A stretch of DNA of 64,000 nt from Eledone cirrhosa (GCA_964016885.1 OZ024749.1:45694001-45758000); one strand, 5' to 3'; shown: positions 30,799-45,812, numbered from the stretch's first letter. The notes: generated by a model not told the origin, from the letters alone. Numbers and translations: made by a program.

Positions 30799-31917
30799 AG
30801 CGAGAGAGAGAGAGAGAGAATGTATTATATTGAATGGTTCACATTCACACAGACCGACAGTAGGCGGGTATCACTGAGATACTGGCATTTTCCCTGAATT
30901 AGATATATCATGCATAGTCCGAATAACTTTGCGTCGTTTAATTAACTTTGAAGATAATATAGGAATCGAAATCGAAATACTGCCTGAAAATTAATCAATC
31001 TTACAGACGTAGAGACCATGTTCTCTCAAAGCCTTGGCAAAATCCTTGACAAGATGGACAAGACGTTATCTATACAACTGATCGCAACATTGTTGACGAC
31101 ACTTGCATTGTGTTTCCTTATATACGAATACTCTATCTAACATCTGTTACTCGTTAACTGGCTGCAAACATGGGTATGCAAACATCCATACACGAATACA
31201 TTACGAATATACGAACAACGTAAATGTGTTTTGAAAATAATATATTAGACAATGTCGGAGTTGATTGAAGTGTCTGTACATTTTGACTGGGCATTATATG
31301 TATTAAACTTTTAAAATTGAAACAAGAATTTCAATATGTGGCGGTTGAAATCTGATCCTAAATGTAGGATATACAAATATAGAATTATGAGAATACACAT
31401 GATATTTGACCTATTCAAAAGGTCACGGATGTGAAAATAGCCAGAAAACACCTTTAACTATCTAGTAATTAATTTATCATCCTTGTTTGAATGAATAACA
31501 AATTTGGAGTCAAGAGGAAATATATTTATAAAAAGGTGTTGAACACATACTTAGATAATAATAGAAAGGTGGAAATATTCAGTTTTGTGTCGTCATTATT
31601 GACTTTATATACGTTCCTTGGAGAAAATATCCAGGTGTAGCTAACATTATTTTACAATTAAACTAAGAAAGACTACTCAGAACTTTTCATTTTATTAGAC
31701 ATTATCAGCGGAACAGGCATATAGATCTCCGCCTGGAACAACCGGAATTCAATGGAACTAAATGCCACAGTATATGTCCATTGAAGCTCTACTAATTCTT
31801 TATTTCAAATATCATTAACACTAATAAATTCATGAGATTATATGATATTAATGAATTTCGCGAGAACATAGCGTTGAAGGACAATAAGAAAAAATATAAC
31901 ATAAGTATTAATAATGG

Positions 31918-32211
31918 TTTGAACTCAGAACATAAAGGGCCGTAACGCTATGCTTTAAAACATGGCGCCCACCGCCCTAACATAAATATTAATAATGGTT
32001 TCTTATATATGCACAATGCCAGCAATATGGTAGGAGAGGAAAATCGATTAAATCGGCCCCAGTGCGTGACTGGTATTTTATTTTACCGACCTCGTAATGA
32101 TGAAAAACAAAATAACCTCGGCGGGATTTGAACTCAGATCATAAAACGCCGTAACTCTATGCTGCAAAGCATGGCGTCCGACCCTCCACCTATACTGCCA
32201 ATCCACCGCCC
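31918..32211 (-). mobile_element. Long-subfamily SINE plus partial head duplicate
   Basis: taacataa(a/g)tattaataat occurs three times (about 31897, 31978, 32212), bracketing a partial and a full copy. Confidence 0.8.
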
Positions 32212-32601
32212 TAACATAAATATTAATAATAAAAATAATAATAGGGGAGATTATACTACTTATAATAAGAAAAACGCGTAAACAAAATACAAAAAATAAA
32301 TTTAAGTTCAATAAAGACAAAAACAACCGAATGAGAAAGAGTGGGGAGTGGAGGTGATTAAATATGTTGTCATCCTTTAATAATTCAAAATTAATCGAGA
32401 GCTCGTATGGTGTTATTTTTTTAAACATTTTAAGTATCCAAATATAACATTTTGAAGCATACAATTAATTCTAAACTATAAATACATTGATGAATTCGTG
32501 ATGTAAATGGAATTAATAAAACGGAAATAATGAAAAAAATTGAGAAAGAGGGAGTGAGAGAAAGCGAGAACGAGATGAAAATATTGTTATATATATATGT
32601 A

Positions 32602-32637
<36 letters not shown>

Positions 32638-33462
32638 TGTATGTATGTATGTGTGAGTGTGTGTGTGTGTGTGTGTTTGTGTGTGTGTCTATGTGTGTGT
32701 GTGTCTGTGTGTGTTTGTATGTATGTATATATAACGAAGGGGAGAGGAACAAAGATGGAGAAAGACTACAAGATGAAATGAAGGGAGAATAGGTGTGGGA
32801 GGTGTGGTTCATCGAGATTTTAGAAAACATAAAGGGAATAGAATAAAAGAATTAGAGGGGAAAATAAGAAATGAAGAAAATAGAAACATGTGGATTGAAG
32901 GAGACGAAACTTAGGATATTAACCCCTGAAACTGAATTCATACTCAAATAATTAATTTTTTTTTCTGTTGCTGCAAGGACAGAAACTAGTAGATGTGGAA
33001 TGCGAAATATCTTTATTTACATAGTTTTAAATTTAAATTTGATTGGCATTTCTATAAGGAAACACTTTTGGATAGTTATGTGTATTATTTTAACATTTCA
33101 GATAATATCCTAATAAAACTGCAAGGAATATATTCGATCACTAAACTGTATTTTAGTTTTTAATGATTTTACTGTTGCCAAATATAGAAGAATGTTTTCA
33201 ATAATAGGTAAAAGATCAAACATTTTCTGTGATGATGATCTTTAATTTAATAGTTCTTTGTTGTTTCAGATTTAGAGGGCAATATGTTCGTTGGTTGACA
33301 AACATATATTGCAAGTAGCCACAGTAGAAAATCACACGTCTGTCGCTTATCTCGCAGATGCCAAACACACACACACATATATATATATATACACACGCAC
33401 GCATACCCTCACACATTCGTACATACAAACATATATATTTATAAATATTTATTAATATGTGT

Positions 33463-33902
<440 letters not shown>

Positions 33903-33995
33903 ATGTGTATGTGTGAATGTGTGCTAGTGTGTGTGTTCGTGTGTGCTTGTAAATGTATGTATAAGAATGTATGTATGTATCTCTGTCTCTCTCAG

Positions 33996-34026
<31 letters not shown>

Positions 34027-34659
34027 GCTCTATCTTTTATGCATGCATCCTTATATAGAGTTCTATGTTTCATAGTTTTTTAATCAAAGAGCAGAAATAT
34101 TTAGTTTATTTATTCATTTAATTATTTTTTTGTTTATTTCAATTTGAATATGACTTTAATATTGCATCCACGCTTCAATGATGTTTTTCTAACCGAACCT
34201 AACCACACTAAAAATTAATTTTCTTTTAACGGACTGTACAATGTTCACATGAGTGTGAAATTCCACTCTCTATTCACATCGCTTGACTTGTAGTCGTTGG
34301 TCAATACTAACTTACTCGGTTAGACAAATGATGTGCATCAGTAAATAATAATGTTCATTATTAATTAAAAAAAAATAAGCTTTATTACTCTACGAATGAA
34401 CAGAGTACAGCCAGTTTCGTGGTTATAATATAAAGACTGTATGCAAGAATATTTAAATGTATAATCAGATACACGGACAAGCATAGCCATATATATATAT
34501 GCATTTTTTGGTTTTTTTCTCCTTTTTTGGTATGTGTGTGAATTGTAGATTCATTAAAGAAACACGCTCAGACACACACTACGGATCAGCATACACGTCC
34601 CATTTACACACAATTGTCTCTCTCTATAAAAGTATGTATATATGTATATATGTATGTAT

Positions 34660-34812
34660 TTCTGTTAACTGAGTTCGGATCTAGCTGTCAAAACGGCCGG
34701 AGCTCAGCCCTCGGTGTTTTGACACTTTTCCTATTACCCACTCTACTACCCTAAGTATTGAGTACTATGGTGCGTTATGGTCCACCTGGAAACTTAACAC
34801 ACCTTCCTTATT
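34660..34812 (+). mobile_element. Family A element, long arm only
   Basis: tagctgtcaaaacggccggagctcagccctcgg...ttcctattacccactctactaccc...ggtgcgttatggtccacctgg, ending in (TA)n. Confidence 0.75.
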
Positions 34813-34943
34813 ATATATATATTATATTGGACACTCACTATTCTACACACACATGCATGCACACAGACAGACACACACACCTACACACACACACACGCAC
34901 ACACACACACGCACACACACACACACACATACACACACACACG

Positions 34944-34980
<37 letters not shown>

Positions 34981-35143
34981 TGAAATATGTATAATAAAAT
35001 TTCATTGATCACAAGAATATCTATTTTGTTAATATTTGAATTACTATTAATAACCCTGAAACATTTTTTTTCTTAATACTGTAGAGTGCTTCCAATCTAC
35101 TGTAAAACTCATTCTTTGATGTACTCATTGAATCTTGTTTAAC

Positions 35144-35181
<38 letters not shown>

Positions 35182-35358
35182 ATTCTTCCACGCAGATTTG
35201 AACGTATACATTTCAATCCCACCCAAATGTGAAACCTTGGGTTTACTAGAACATATCTGCCCTTATTGATGTACGGTAGGTAATCTTTGTTAACGTTGTT
35301 ACTGTTGGGGTTACTATTCATCGATCTCTCATAAGTGGTATCTTGTTGGTATTATTTA

Positions 35359-35531
35359 GTGGATTGGCAGTGTCGGTAGAGGGTCGGACGCCATGCTTTG
35401 CAGCAAAGAGTTACGGCCCTTGCTATTCTGAGTCCAAATCCCGCCGAGGTTAACTTTGACAGTCATCCTTACGGGGCCATTAATGCATTGGGATAATTGC
35501 TGGCCTTGTGCTAAAAGTAGAAACAATTATT
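35359..35531 (+). mobile_element. tRNA-SINE
   Basis: Consensus match with a small deletion. Confidence 0.88.
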
Positions 35532-35584
35532 TATTTACTCTGCATCGAAAAGGGGTTTTTACTTTCTCTGCTGGTTTTGAAATG

Positions 35585-35912
35585 ATTGTTTCTACATTTC
35601 TCACAAGGCCAACAATTTAAAGGGATGGTGAAAGTCGACTAAATGGACCTTAGTGCATTACTGGTACTTTAGTGTATCGATTCCGCAAGGATGTAAGGCA
35701 AAGCTATATATTTGGTGGGATTTGAATTCAGAACGTGAGGGCCTATTACTAAATACTTGTTTCTACTTCAGGCACAAGGCCAGCAATTACCCAGTGCATT
35801 ACTGGTACTTTATTTTATCGACCCCGTAAGGATGAAAGGCAAAGTCAACCTCGGCGGGATTTGAACTAAATACTGCAAAGCAATTTGTTCGATGTTCTAC
35901 CGATTCTGTCAA
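35585..35912 (-). mobile_element. Two nested or adjacent SINEs (young truncated copy within an old long-subfamily copy)
   Basis: Old copy 35585-35748 resumes after 35866. The young copy 35757-35866 is flanked by actaaatact. Confidence 0.7.
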
Positions 35913-36164
35913 ATCTTGATGGTCGTTGTCTTATTGGTGTTAGCATGGAATGGAGCAATTTATTTTGCTCATATGGAAGGTGTGTGTATTTTTCATGTCT
36001 CTGATTGTGTTAGTGGCAAAGGAAAATCTGCAGATTTTGAACTGATTGTGATGATATTTTCTGGGTTGTGATTGTGATGGTAGGTGGCGTTAATGAGGTC
36101 TTGTGACGAAAAGAGTAGTGTTATTGGGGTGGGCTTTTGACACTTAAAGTTTAAAGTTTATTCC

Positions 36165-36432
36165 ACGCCAGAGGCCCACTATGTCGTACCTTACCCCTAT
36201 ACAATTAGCGATAATTGACTTTGTCGACAATGCCTCCCTTAAACTGGACGCCAATCCGTCAAAAACCTTACCTCCAGCTGCACACGAACTAATTTTTTTC
36301 TACATAGTTGACGGGATCCACATGATATAAAATATTATCCCCAAAGGACATAACGCGCAACCCGACTCAGGGATTGAAATTACTAACTGACTTTCGTGAG
36401 TTTCATACCTGTATCGCTTGACTATGCGTCTT
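36165..36432 (-). mobile_element. Old copy of second tRNA-SINE family
   Basis: Shares aaggacataacgc and a decayed box B with 41930-42065. Confidence 0.45.
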
Positions 36433-37011
36433 ACATAGATTACGTGAATCTTGGTTGAAGACATAGTTGGTGTAGCTGGTTACATTGGTGATTATGATTG
36501 TTATTAGGTTTGGTGTTGGTGGTGGCGATGATGATATTAGCAGGGCTGGTGTTATTGGTGTGGAGGTGGATGTAGTGTCGTTAGGGGTTGTTTTTTAGGC
36601 TCTGGTGGTGATGGGAGTAGGGCTATTGTGTTTTAGGTGGAAACGATTGTGGTTTTAGTGTTGTTAGAGACTTAGCTGATGATGTTGATATATATAGGCG
36701 ATGTTCGTGATGGCTAAATTTGTACTTGTTGTAGCTCTTGTTGGTGTTGATGATGATGGTGTTGTTCTTGTTGTTGTTCATGCTTCTCGATAAGGTAGCG
36801 GGTGTTGTCTGGTTAGTGGTGGTGGTGTCTTTTTTTATTTTTTTTTTTACGGTGGGTGGGAGAGAGTTCTCAGGGTGAAGCAAATAAAAGCGAAGTAAAT
36901 TTGAAATAAAAATTGGGTTCTGCTACTAATCAAAATTGGCATCCAGTGTCACGAGCCACAGGACTATATCTCACCCACCTCTCTCACTCTCTCTCTCCCT
37001 CTCTCTCTCTC

Positions 37012-37058
<47 letters not shown>

Positions 37059-37762
37059 TACTCTCTCTCTCTCTCGCTCTCTCTCTCTCAGTCTCTCTTT
37101 ATATATATATATATATTTTTCCCTCGTTCTCCTTAATTCTCTCTCTCCCTCCTTCTGACTGTAGATCTCTTTCTCTCCATTTCACTGTATTTCTTTCTCT
37201 ATTTTAGTATTACTATTAACATCTCTCTCTCTCTTCCTGTCTTTGTTTCTCTCTCACACTCACTCTCTCTCTCTCTTTCTCTCTATATATATATATATCT
37301 ATCTATCTCTCACATTCATATGCAATTTTGTTTCAGATTATGTCGTGTTTTGTTGTTGTATTATAGCTTGGAGGAGAGGGCGGAGAAGGAAAGTAGATGA
37401 CGTCACGAAACCTAGGGTAGAGATAACTGACATTGTATTGTTGGGTCGGGGGGGGGGGTAGAGAATAGAAGGAGGAAAGAAAGAAATTTAGGACTGGATA
37501 AATGAAGAAAAGAGTAGAAGAAAGAATGTAATAAAAGAAAAAAAACATATAAATAAAAGGGTAGAAAAAACAAATAGAGGGGTAAAGAAGACAAGCCAAA
37601 GAAAAATAACTTGAAATAGTGATTGTAGAGTGGTAGAGAGGAGGGGAAGGAACTTTGGATTGGGTAGACAAATGGGGTATGCTGCTGTTGATGCTTATTT
37701 GAGTAGGTGGAAATTATAATGATGATGATGATAATGATTAGACAAGCGTGATATGTTTACAG

Positions 37763-37824
<62 letters not shown>

Positions 37825-37964
37825 GCATTTATTCTTTTTCATATTTATATGCGTTTGTGTGTGTGTGCGTGAGTGTTTGGTTGCATGATTGTATTCTAAT
37901 ATTAGACTTCCAAACCATGTGGTCGCTATTTCAATCTCATTGATTTTTAAGGCGATTATTTATT

Positions 37965-38153
37965 GGCGGTGAATTGGCAGTATCGGTAGAGGGTTGGACG
38001 CCATGCTTTCTAGCATAGTTACGTTCCTTTACAGTCTGAGTTCAAATCCCGCCGAGGTTAACTTTACCTTTCATCCTTACGGGGTCGATAAAATAAAGTA
38101 CCAGTAATGTACTGGGTAATTGGTGGCCTTGTGCCTAAAGTAGAAACAATTAT
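37965..38153 (+). mobile_element. tRNA-SINE
   Basis: Full consensus match. Confidence 0.92.
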
Positions 38154-38274
38154 TTATAGTAATCGACTGCATTTTCAGTTATTTTCTGCGTTTGGAGTTC
38201 ACCCGTTTGCTGATAAATTCAAAATACCCGACGCTTCAATATATATTTATTTCCTTAATTATAGTTAGTAGGAA

Positions 38275-38452
38275 GTATAGGTAGAGGGTCGGGCGCCATG
38301 CTTTGAAGCATGGAGTTACCTCCCTTTATGATCTGAGTTCAAATCCCGCCGAGGTTAACTTTGCCGTTCATCCTTACGGGGTCGATAAAATAAAGTACCA
38401 GTAATGCACTGGGATAATTGCTGGCCTTGTGCCAAAAGTAGAAACAATTATT
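38275..38452 (+). mobile_element. tRNA-SINE (5'-truncated)
   Basis: Consensus match, nearly identical to the 25528 copy. Confidence 0.9.
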
Positions 38453-39030
38453 AATTAGACCATTGATTTTTTCATAAAGCCGTCCAATCATCGAAAGATT
38501 CACTTCTCTACATATGCATTTATTCAGTCCAAGCACTAGAAACATTAAAGAGTTATTTCTGTGTGATATGAAGAAACTTTAGAAGCTAATTTTAATCGTT
38601 CAAACGTGTTTGTAAGAGCTTAACCTTTTATTCATTAAAATAACCCAACTATTTTGTATGAAATACCTTTCGTTTTTCAGTACTTGTTGTTTTATGTGTT
38701 TAATGTTTACATCAAACAACAACATTTAAAATAGAACTAAAACTGTCGAATATATCATCATATATTTTAGAGTAGAAATAAAAATGTAACGTTAGGTAGA
38801 AAAGATATGAGTATTTATTACATAATAATATATGATGTGTTTCCCGTGTTTGAAATGCTTGTAAGAATTTGCTGGTCTTTAATTGCGTGTAGCATCAATG
38901 GTTAATACATATATACTGAGGCATTAGTGTTTCTTAACGCTGCAAATATCTAGGACCAGATCAAGACGCCTAGCGTTTGTAACAAATATTATAAACATAC
39001 ATACATACACACACACAAACACATATCTCT

Positions 39031-39166
39031 CTAGGGCAGGTAAAATTCCCGAGATCCATGGACGAGTTCTCTCCAGCAGTCTCTGTCCCTCATTATCGCT
39101 ACCATGTCCTGCGTCTCCAACAGACCAGTGTCTGTCCTTAGGGCATCAACATACGTTAACCTTGTC
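39031..39166 (-). pseudogene. RTE-type LINE, terminal ORF segment (non-inverted 3' part)
   Basis: TRLTYVDALRTDTGLLETQDMVAIMRDRDCWRELVHGSREFYLP* resembles the RTE ORF C-terminus (DRxxWR motif). A short (AG) tail follows. Confidence 0.8.
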
Positions 39167-39420
39167 TGTGCTGCTGTAAGAGTGTAAGTCTTGGATACTG
39201 ACCAAGAAGCTCACTCAGATGGTGGATGGGTGTTACACGAGAATGTTGAGGATGGCTCTGAACATTAATCAGTATACACTGAGGATGAAAAACAGAGCTG
39301 TATGGGAGCCTCCCAAAAGTGAGCTCAAAAGTGACGCAGAGGAGATTGAGGTTAGCTGGACATGCTCACCGACATCCAGAGTTGACATTGCACTCAGTGC
39401 ACATGTGGGAGCCCCTACAC
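39165..39420 (+). pseudogene. RTE-type LINE, inverted upstream segment
   Basis: SVLL*ECKSWILTKKLTQMVDGCYTRMLRMALNI...(frameshift)[31 protein letters not shown]. Matches the RTE post-RT motifs LLYGxExW and RRLRxAGH. Confidence 0.85.
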
Positions 39421-39438
39421 ACACACACACACATACAT

Positions 39439-39500
<62 letters not shown>

Positions 39501-39521
39501 GAATATATATGTGCAAATATA

Positions 39522-39561
<40 letters not shown>

Positions 39562-39581
39562 GACGTCCTTGTTATTTTATT

Positions 39582-39647
<66 letters not shown>

Positions 39648-40662
39648 CATGTAAATATATATACACATACATATGTATTTATATATTTATATGCATTTGA
39701 TTTAATTATTTGTAACTTTTGCCATATTTCCTCATCTAAATCTCGCAGGTGGAACGGTCTTTTGTATGCCTTAACCTCCTTTTCTGCTTTTACTCCAATT
39801 TCATACCTTTGTTTTTTAACAGATTTCCCTGGCTCTATAATCATTTTTTCTTTCTATATTCCACACCCTTTTCGTCCCTTGGTTTTTTGTATTTTTTCTT
39901 TCTTTTCTCTTTGGCTCTTATTCCCTCACGCCCATCTCCTCATGTCCATCCGTCAATCATTTCGATGTCTCAGTGCCTTTTACTTTTTTTTTTTTCCTCT
40001 TTTACATTCAATTTTTTTTCTCGTTTTAACCATTCTATATTTATATTATCTTTTCCTTTTTTTATTTTTTATTTGTTTCTTCATTTGGCACACTCAGCTC
40101 AACTACGTTCCTCCCAGCACCACTATCGCAAAGATCATTTTCATGACAGCTACTCTGAAAATTTTTCCCAACCGAAAATGAATAAAAAAAAATAAAATAA
40201 AACTCACCACCGTGCTGACATCACCATATTTCATGACCACCATTACTTCCCCCGTTTTCAGCACGAGCATCACCACCACTGCTACCACCGCCACCACCAA
40301 CACTATCAACAGCCTAGCCGCCAGTGTTACCACTACTGCCGGCACCTCTGTCAAAGACTACACTACCCTCACCATCAACGCCATCATCACCAACGACAAC
40401 AACAATAACACACAAACACCACCATCTCTACCTTCATCACGACGACCACAACTAGCGCCATTAACAACACCTCCAATTCGCCCATTCGTTTCTCGTGTCA
40501 TCACACGCATGTTTATAACGCATGGCTCGTGAGCAAAACTATCCACGCACAGACCCGCCAATAGACATACATATATACACACACACAAGCGCACACATAA
40601 ACACATGCGTACAACATCTCGCACCCTTGCACATTCGGATACACGCAAATTCATTTACCCAC

Positions 40663-40722
<60 letters not shown>

Positions 40723-41165
40723 GGGGGTAAATATATATACGCATATGTAAACGTGCACACGTCCGCTCTTGTGTGGCTCAATCATCATGACTACCACAAA
40801 CAAATGCTGACTGATAAATCTCAAATATATTAAGCACCATCCCCTACCACTCTGGGCCTCTATTACTACACAATTTTCACTTGACAAATGAGAGAAAAGA
40901 ATTGAAAACCACACCCATAAGCAACAACACAACATCCCCCCCTAAACATTTCTTAAGGTAGCTAATCTTTGTACTCTGCCTTCATTATTTATTTAGTTTT
41001 CTGACTTATCATTTGTTGTTTGTTTTTTATCTGTATTTTTTACGATTTTAGCGTTTTTTTAATTTAATTACTTAATATCTTGTTAGACTTTTTAACTTCT
41101 CCTGTAAGACTTTTTGCTTTTCTCATCATAATCGTTTTCGGGTACGTCAGCATCAACACCATCCT

Positions 41166-41460
41166 CGATTGGCTGTAGCGGTAGAGTGTCGGACACCATG
41201 CTTTGTGGCATAGAGTTACGTCACTTTACGTTCTGATTTCAAATCCTACCAAGATTAGGTTTCCCTTTCATCCTTACGGGGTTGATAAAATAAAGTACCA
41301 GTAACGCACTGGAGTCCATTTAATCGACTTCCCCTTTTAGCAATATTAACAATTCCTAAATTATAAACTAAATATCTATTACAATAGTGTACGAGTCCAG
41401 TAGAGTGATTTTGTTGTAAATGTTAGAATATCGGGCGAGATATTCTAACATTTAGAATTC
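41166..41460 (+). mobile_element. Long-subfamily SINE with shared 3' extension
   Basis: SINE 41166-41340. The extension matches 20135-20222. Confidence 0.75.
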
Positions 41461-41483
41461 TAAATTTAAATTCATAATGGGTA

Positions 41484-41670
41484 ATAATTGTTACTATTTT
41501 TGGCACAAGGCCAGCAATTACCCAGAAAAAATTACTGGTACTTTATTTTATCGACCTCTGTATGGATGAAAGGCAAACTTAACCTCTGCGGGATTTGAAC
41601 TCAGATCGTAAAGGGACGTAACTATGCTGGAAAGCATGTCCGACCCTCTACCGATACTGCCAATTCACCG
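41484..41670 (-). mobile_element. tRNA-SINE
   Basis: Consensus match. Confidence 0.9.
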
Positions 41671-41837
41671 CAATTGGCAATAATGCCTAGTTTAACTTCC
41701 TAATCAAGAGAGTATTGTCGCCCACATGCTGTTACCTATTTTGACCAGATAGGCCTATACAATTGTAGATATATTGGTAATAGTATGCTGAGTCTTCATC
41801 CATCAGTAGTTTACTCACACACATATATCTATCAATC

Positions 41838-41870
<33 letters not shown>

Positions 41871-41929
41871 TATATAATATATACATATATATATACACAA
41901 ATTGTCGATCGAGGAAATGCTATCTATCA

Positions 41930-42066
41930 GTCGCAACTCCAGGTAGAAGGAGCAACGTGTAATATGGTGTCTTGCGCAAGGACATAACGCATCGCTCGGT
42001 CCAGGAATCGAACTGACAACCTCACGATCGCTAAACCAGTTCTCTACCCAATCAGCCACACGCCTT
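41930..42066 (-). mobile_element. Second tRNA-derived SINE family, 5' part
   Basis: Box A-like TGGCTGATTGGG, box B-like AGTTCGATTCC, then tgtccttgcgcaagacac. The head 15-mer atcagccacacgcct is duplicated. Confidence 0.7.
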
Positions 42067-43321
42067 CACTATCAGCCACACGCCTATATACGAATAAGAT
42101 TATGGAGTGACGCAACTTCTGAAAAATTGATCGAGCACGATGAAAATCGTAGTTTTAGCTTGAACAGTGACATAAAACAGCGATATAAGTCCTTCTATTT
42201 AAAGGAACGTATATATCAGGAATCAACTATATATTACAACACAATAACAAACAAAAGGGAATTGAGCTAGTGACCTGCTAGAATTAGCAAAGAAATATAT
42301 CTCAAACGGAAATAGCACACGACAAGGAGTGAAATGTCACATAGGGTAATTTTTTCCTTCATAAAATAGGAGTCATGTTAGAAGATATAACAAATTTACA
42401 CTATAATTGCTTTCGATTAGGGCTAATCTGATTATATAGGTTAAACAACAAACACAAATCAAGATATATTTAATCAATGCAGAGTTTATAGAATATGTAA
42501 TATTAATATACTGGTGTCTATCCAATCCAATATATCACACCTCAAGAAATATATATGTTTTTTTGTCTGTGTTAATAAATCAAAATTATTAATAATATTC
42601 TCAGGAAGTATGTATTCACACTAGCATATATTTGCCCAGCAGCCGCAGTGTGAATAACTAAGGACAAAAGCAAACAAATGAATAAATACATATGTAAATA
42701 AATAGAAACAAATCTAAAAAATAAAAATGATACTTGGAAAACATACTGGAAGTTAATGTTTTGTTTTTGTTTTAAATGTTTGTGTTTTGTTTTATTGACG
42801 TGAATGAATAAGGAAATAATCCCAGCCAAACAAAAACAAAGTCACTATGAAATATATGTCTGCAATATGAGACAATGAAAACAAAAGATGTTTCACCGTT
42901 GTGTCGCTGAGATATTTTCAAAGAGATGTCGCAATATTCCCATGGAGATTACAATAGAACACTATAAAATACATTATTTCCCATGAAAAAGCTATGCATA
43001 GGTGTACGTGCGCGTGGCTGTTGATGATAATTCCGTACACATATTTATATTTATGCATTAATCTATACACACATATATATATATTTATATATATATATAA
43101 AACCACACTCACGTACATTCATAGATACATATATACAAACACATATATATATATTTATATATATATAAAACCACACTCACATACATTCATAGATACATAT
43201 ATACAAACACATATATATATATATATTTACCTATACGTATAAACACCAACACACATCCCCACATATACACACACCCTATACACACACGCACTACATACAC
43301 ACTCACACACACACATTCATA

Positions 43322-43901
<580 letters not shown>

Positions 43902-44689
43902 TGGCTGCCAACTCATTTTCGAGTACGGCCACTATTTTATATCCATGTAGGAGAATCCCTACCGATGCGCTGAACGAGTGTGACTTTTAGTCCAGCCAGC
44001 GACTTGAAAACTCTGGTACAAACACTACACTTGTGACAATTATTGACACATACTGCTGGGCTCATGGTACCACGTGACGACAAGTGCAGAGAGATCTCCA
44101 GATATAAAGCAATGCCTGTGCCGTGAAGCTTTTATAGTGAGCAAAGGCACTGCACAAAGCCAGTCCCACTCTCTTTACCAAGATAATATTTACCAAAAAG
44201 AAGAACAAGTCAACATCATTGGATACCATCAGAGTTGCAGGTGTTATATCAGAGTTTTCCTACTCCTAGAATTCTGCCTTGACAAAAGCTAAATGGTCAT
44301 CCCTCCCGGTGTTTTTGGATGGCCATTGACTCTTTTGAGGGTATTTCATTTTTGCTAGAATTCTTAGAGTTTCGAAGCACTTTTTCATTTATTGATATAA
44401 ACACAGATTTATTTTATTAACGGATCACATATGATTCATGTTCATTTTAAAGCTAAACACAATGTACTTTTACATTAAACAGCAGTTTTTAAATTGAGAA
44501 ACACATACAAATACCCACATACACTCATACACGTGTGATCGTGTGAGTTATGTACTAAAGAATACACTGGATGGAAAAATACATTGTAAATGTACAAAGA
44601 TATTGGAATATACGAGTCTTAAGAAACTATGCTATGACCCCGAAATTCAGTCACACTTTGAAATTATGCAAGAAAACACATCAAACATG

Positions 44690-44779
<90 letters not shown>

Positions 44780-44780
44780 T

Positions 44781-45059
44781 ATAGGTTATAAAGGCCAAAC
44801 AAACTGAGATGGCGGTCAAGAAGCCATCAACCACTTAAGCCAAAAAGACGAGGCATGCCAAACTGGTCAAGCAAAATAAATGGCTGAGGTGGTTGATGGC
44901 TTCTTGACCGCCATCTCAGTTTGTTTGGCCTTTATAACCTATGTTTATTGCTCTGGTTTCTATTTGGTCCATGGGGCGCTTGCCAGCATAACTCGGATAT
45001 TGCGTTTCGCTTTGTTTTCGACCATAGCTGAAATACGAATCTCGCTGAAATTATATTGG
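44781..45059 (+). mobile_element. Asymmetric inverted-repeat element in (TA)n (family E) with hammerhead relic
   Basis: Arms 44781-44842 and 44881-44942, tail 44943-45059. The spacer holds GACGA-ggcatgcc-AAA-ctgg-TC. Confidence 0.75.
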
Positions 45060-45079
45060 TATATATATATATATATATG

Positions 45080-45120
<41 letters not shown>

Positions 45121-45124
<4 letters not shown>

Positions 45125-45220
45125 ATGAAATACCCATGATCGTTTGGTAAATCACTGATGAGGGACTCATTTTATAACATGTTATCCATGTGCAACCAGC
45201 AGTATTCTTCTCACCCATAT

Positions 45221-45270
<50 letters not shown>

Positions 45271-45354
45271 AGAATACTGCTGGTTGCACATGGATAACAT
45301 GTTATAAAATGAGTCCCTCATCAGTGATTTACCAAACGATCATGGGTATTTCAT

Positions 45355-45358
<4 letters not shown>
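45121..45358. repeat. Perfect 93-bp inverted repeat separated and flanked by (TA)n
   Basis: 45121-45213 is the exact reverse complement of 45266-45358. It contains CTGATGAggg and the palindrome ataacatgttat. Confidence 0.9.
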
Positions 45359-45402
<44 letters not shown>

Positions 45403-45471
45403 TAATATATACCCATATAAGCATGCCAGAAAATAAGAATTCCCTAGTACATTGAAAGAAATGATAAATAT

Positions 45472-45515
45472 ATTTTATCGATTTTTCGGATCTAATTGGA
45501 CCCTCATCAAAAGAT
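45472..45515 (-). ncRNA. Decayed hammerhead-like motif
   Basis: atctt-tTGATGA-gggtc(caatta)gatcc-GAAA-a-atcgat-aaaat. Stem II is good and the palindrome AUCGAU follows. The first core C is substituted. Confidence 0.5.
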
Positions 45516-45698
45516 GTGTATATCATATAATCGATCACAAGAAGGGTGTATAGATCCATTGCGATTGGAGTTTTTCTGAAATGGATATACAAATTTGCAC
45601 ATAATTCTCACACTTCTAATATATTTCTTAAATAATTTGCAACATGACCCCTAACTATATGGAAATTAGTACTTGCATTTTAGAATAATACTTAGAGC

Positions 45699-45736
<38 letters not shown>

Positions 45737-45812
45737 GAATCTAACCTAGAAAACAGAAAAGAACAACACTTTATTGAATAGGACATGATCGATCGTCAAT
45801 AATTTAATTATT

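Noticed and set aside
37398-37405. Isolated CRE palindrome TGACGTCA
   Set aside because: A single 8-mer without promoter context is compatible with chance in 64 kb.
40212-40532. Thr/Pro-rich mucin-like 106-aa ORF
   Set aside because: Decayed (ACC/AAC)n low-complexity tract with a non-ATG start and no splice or domain support.
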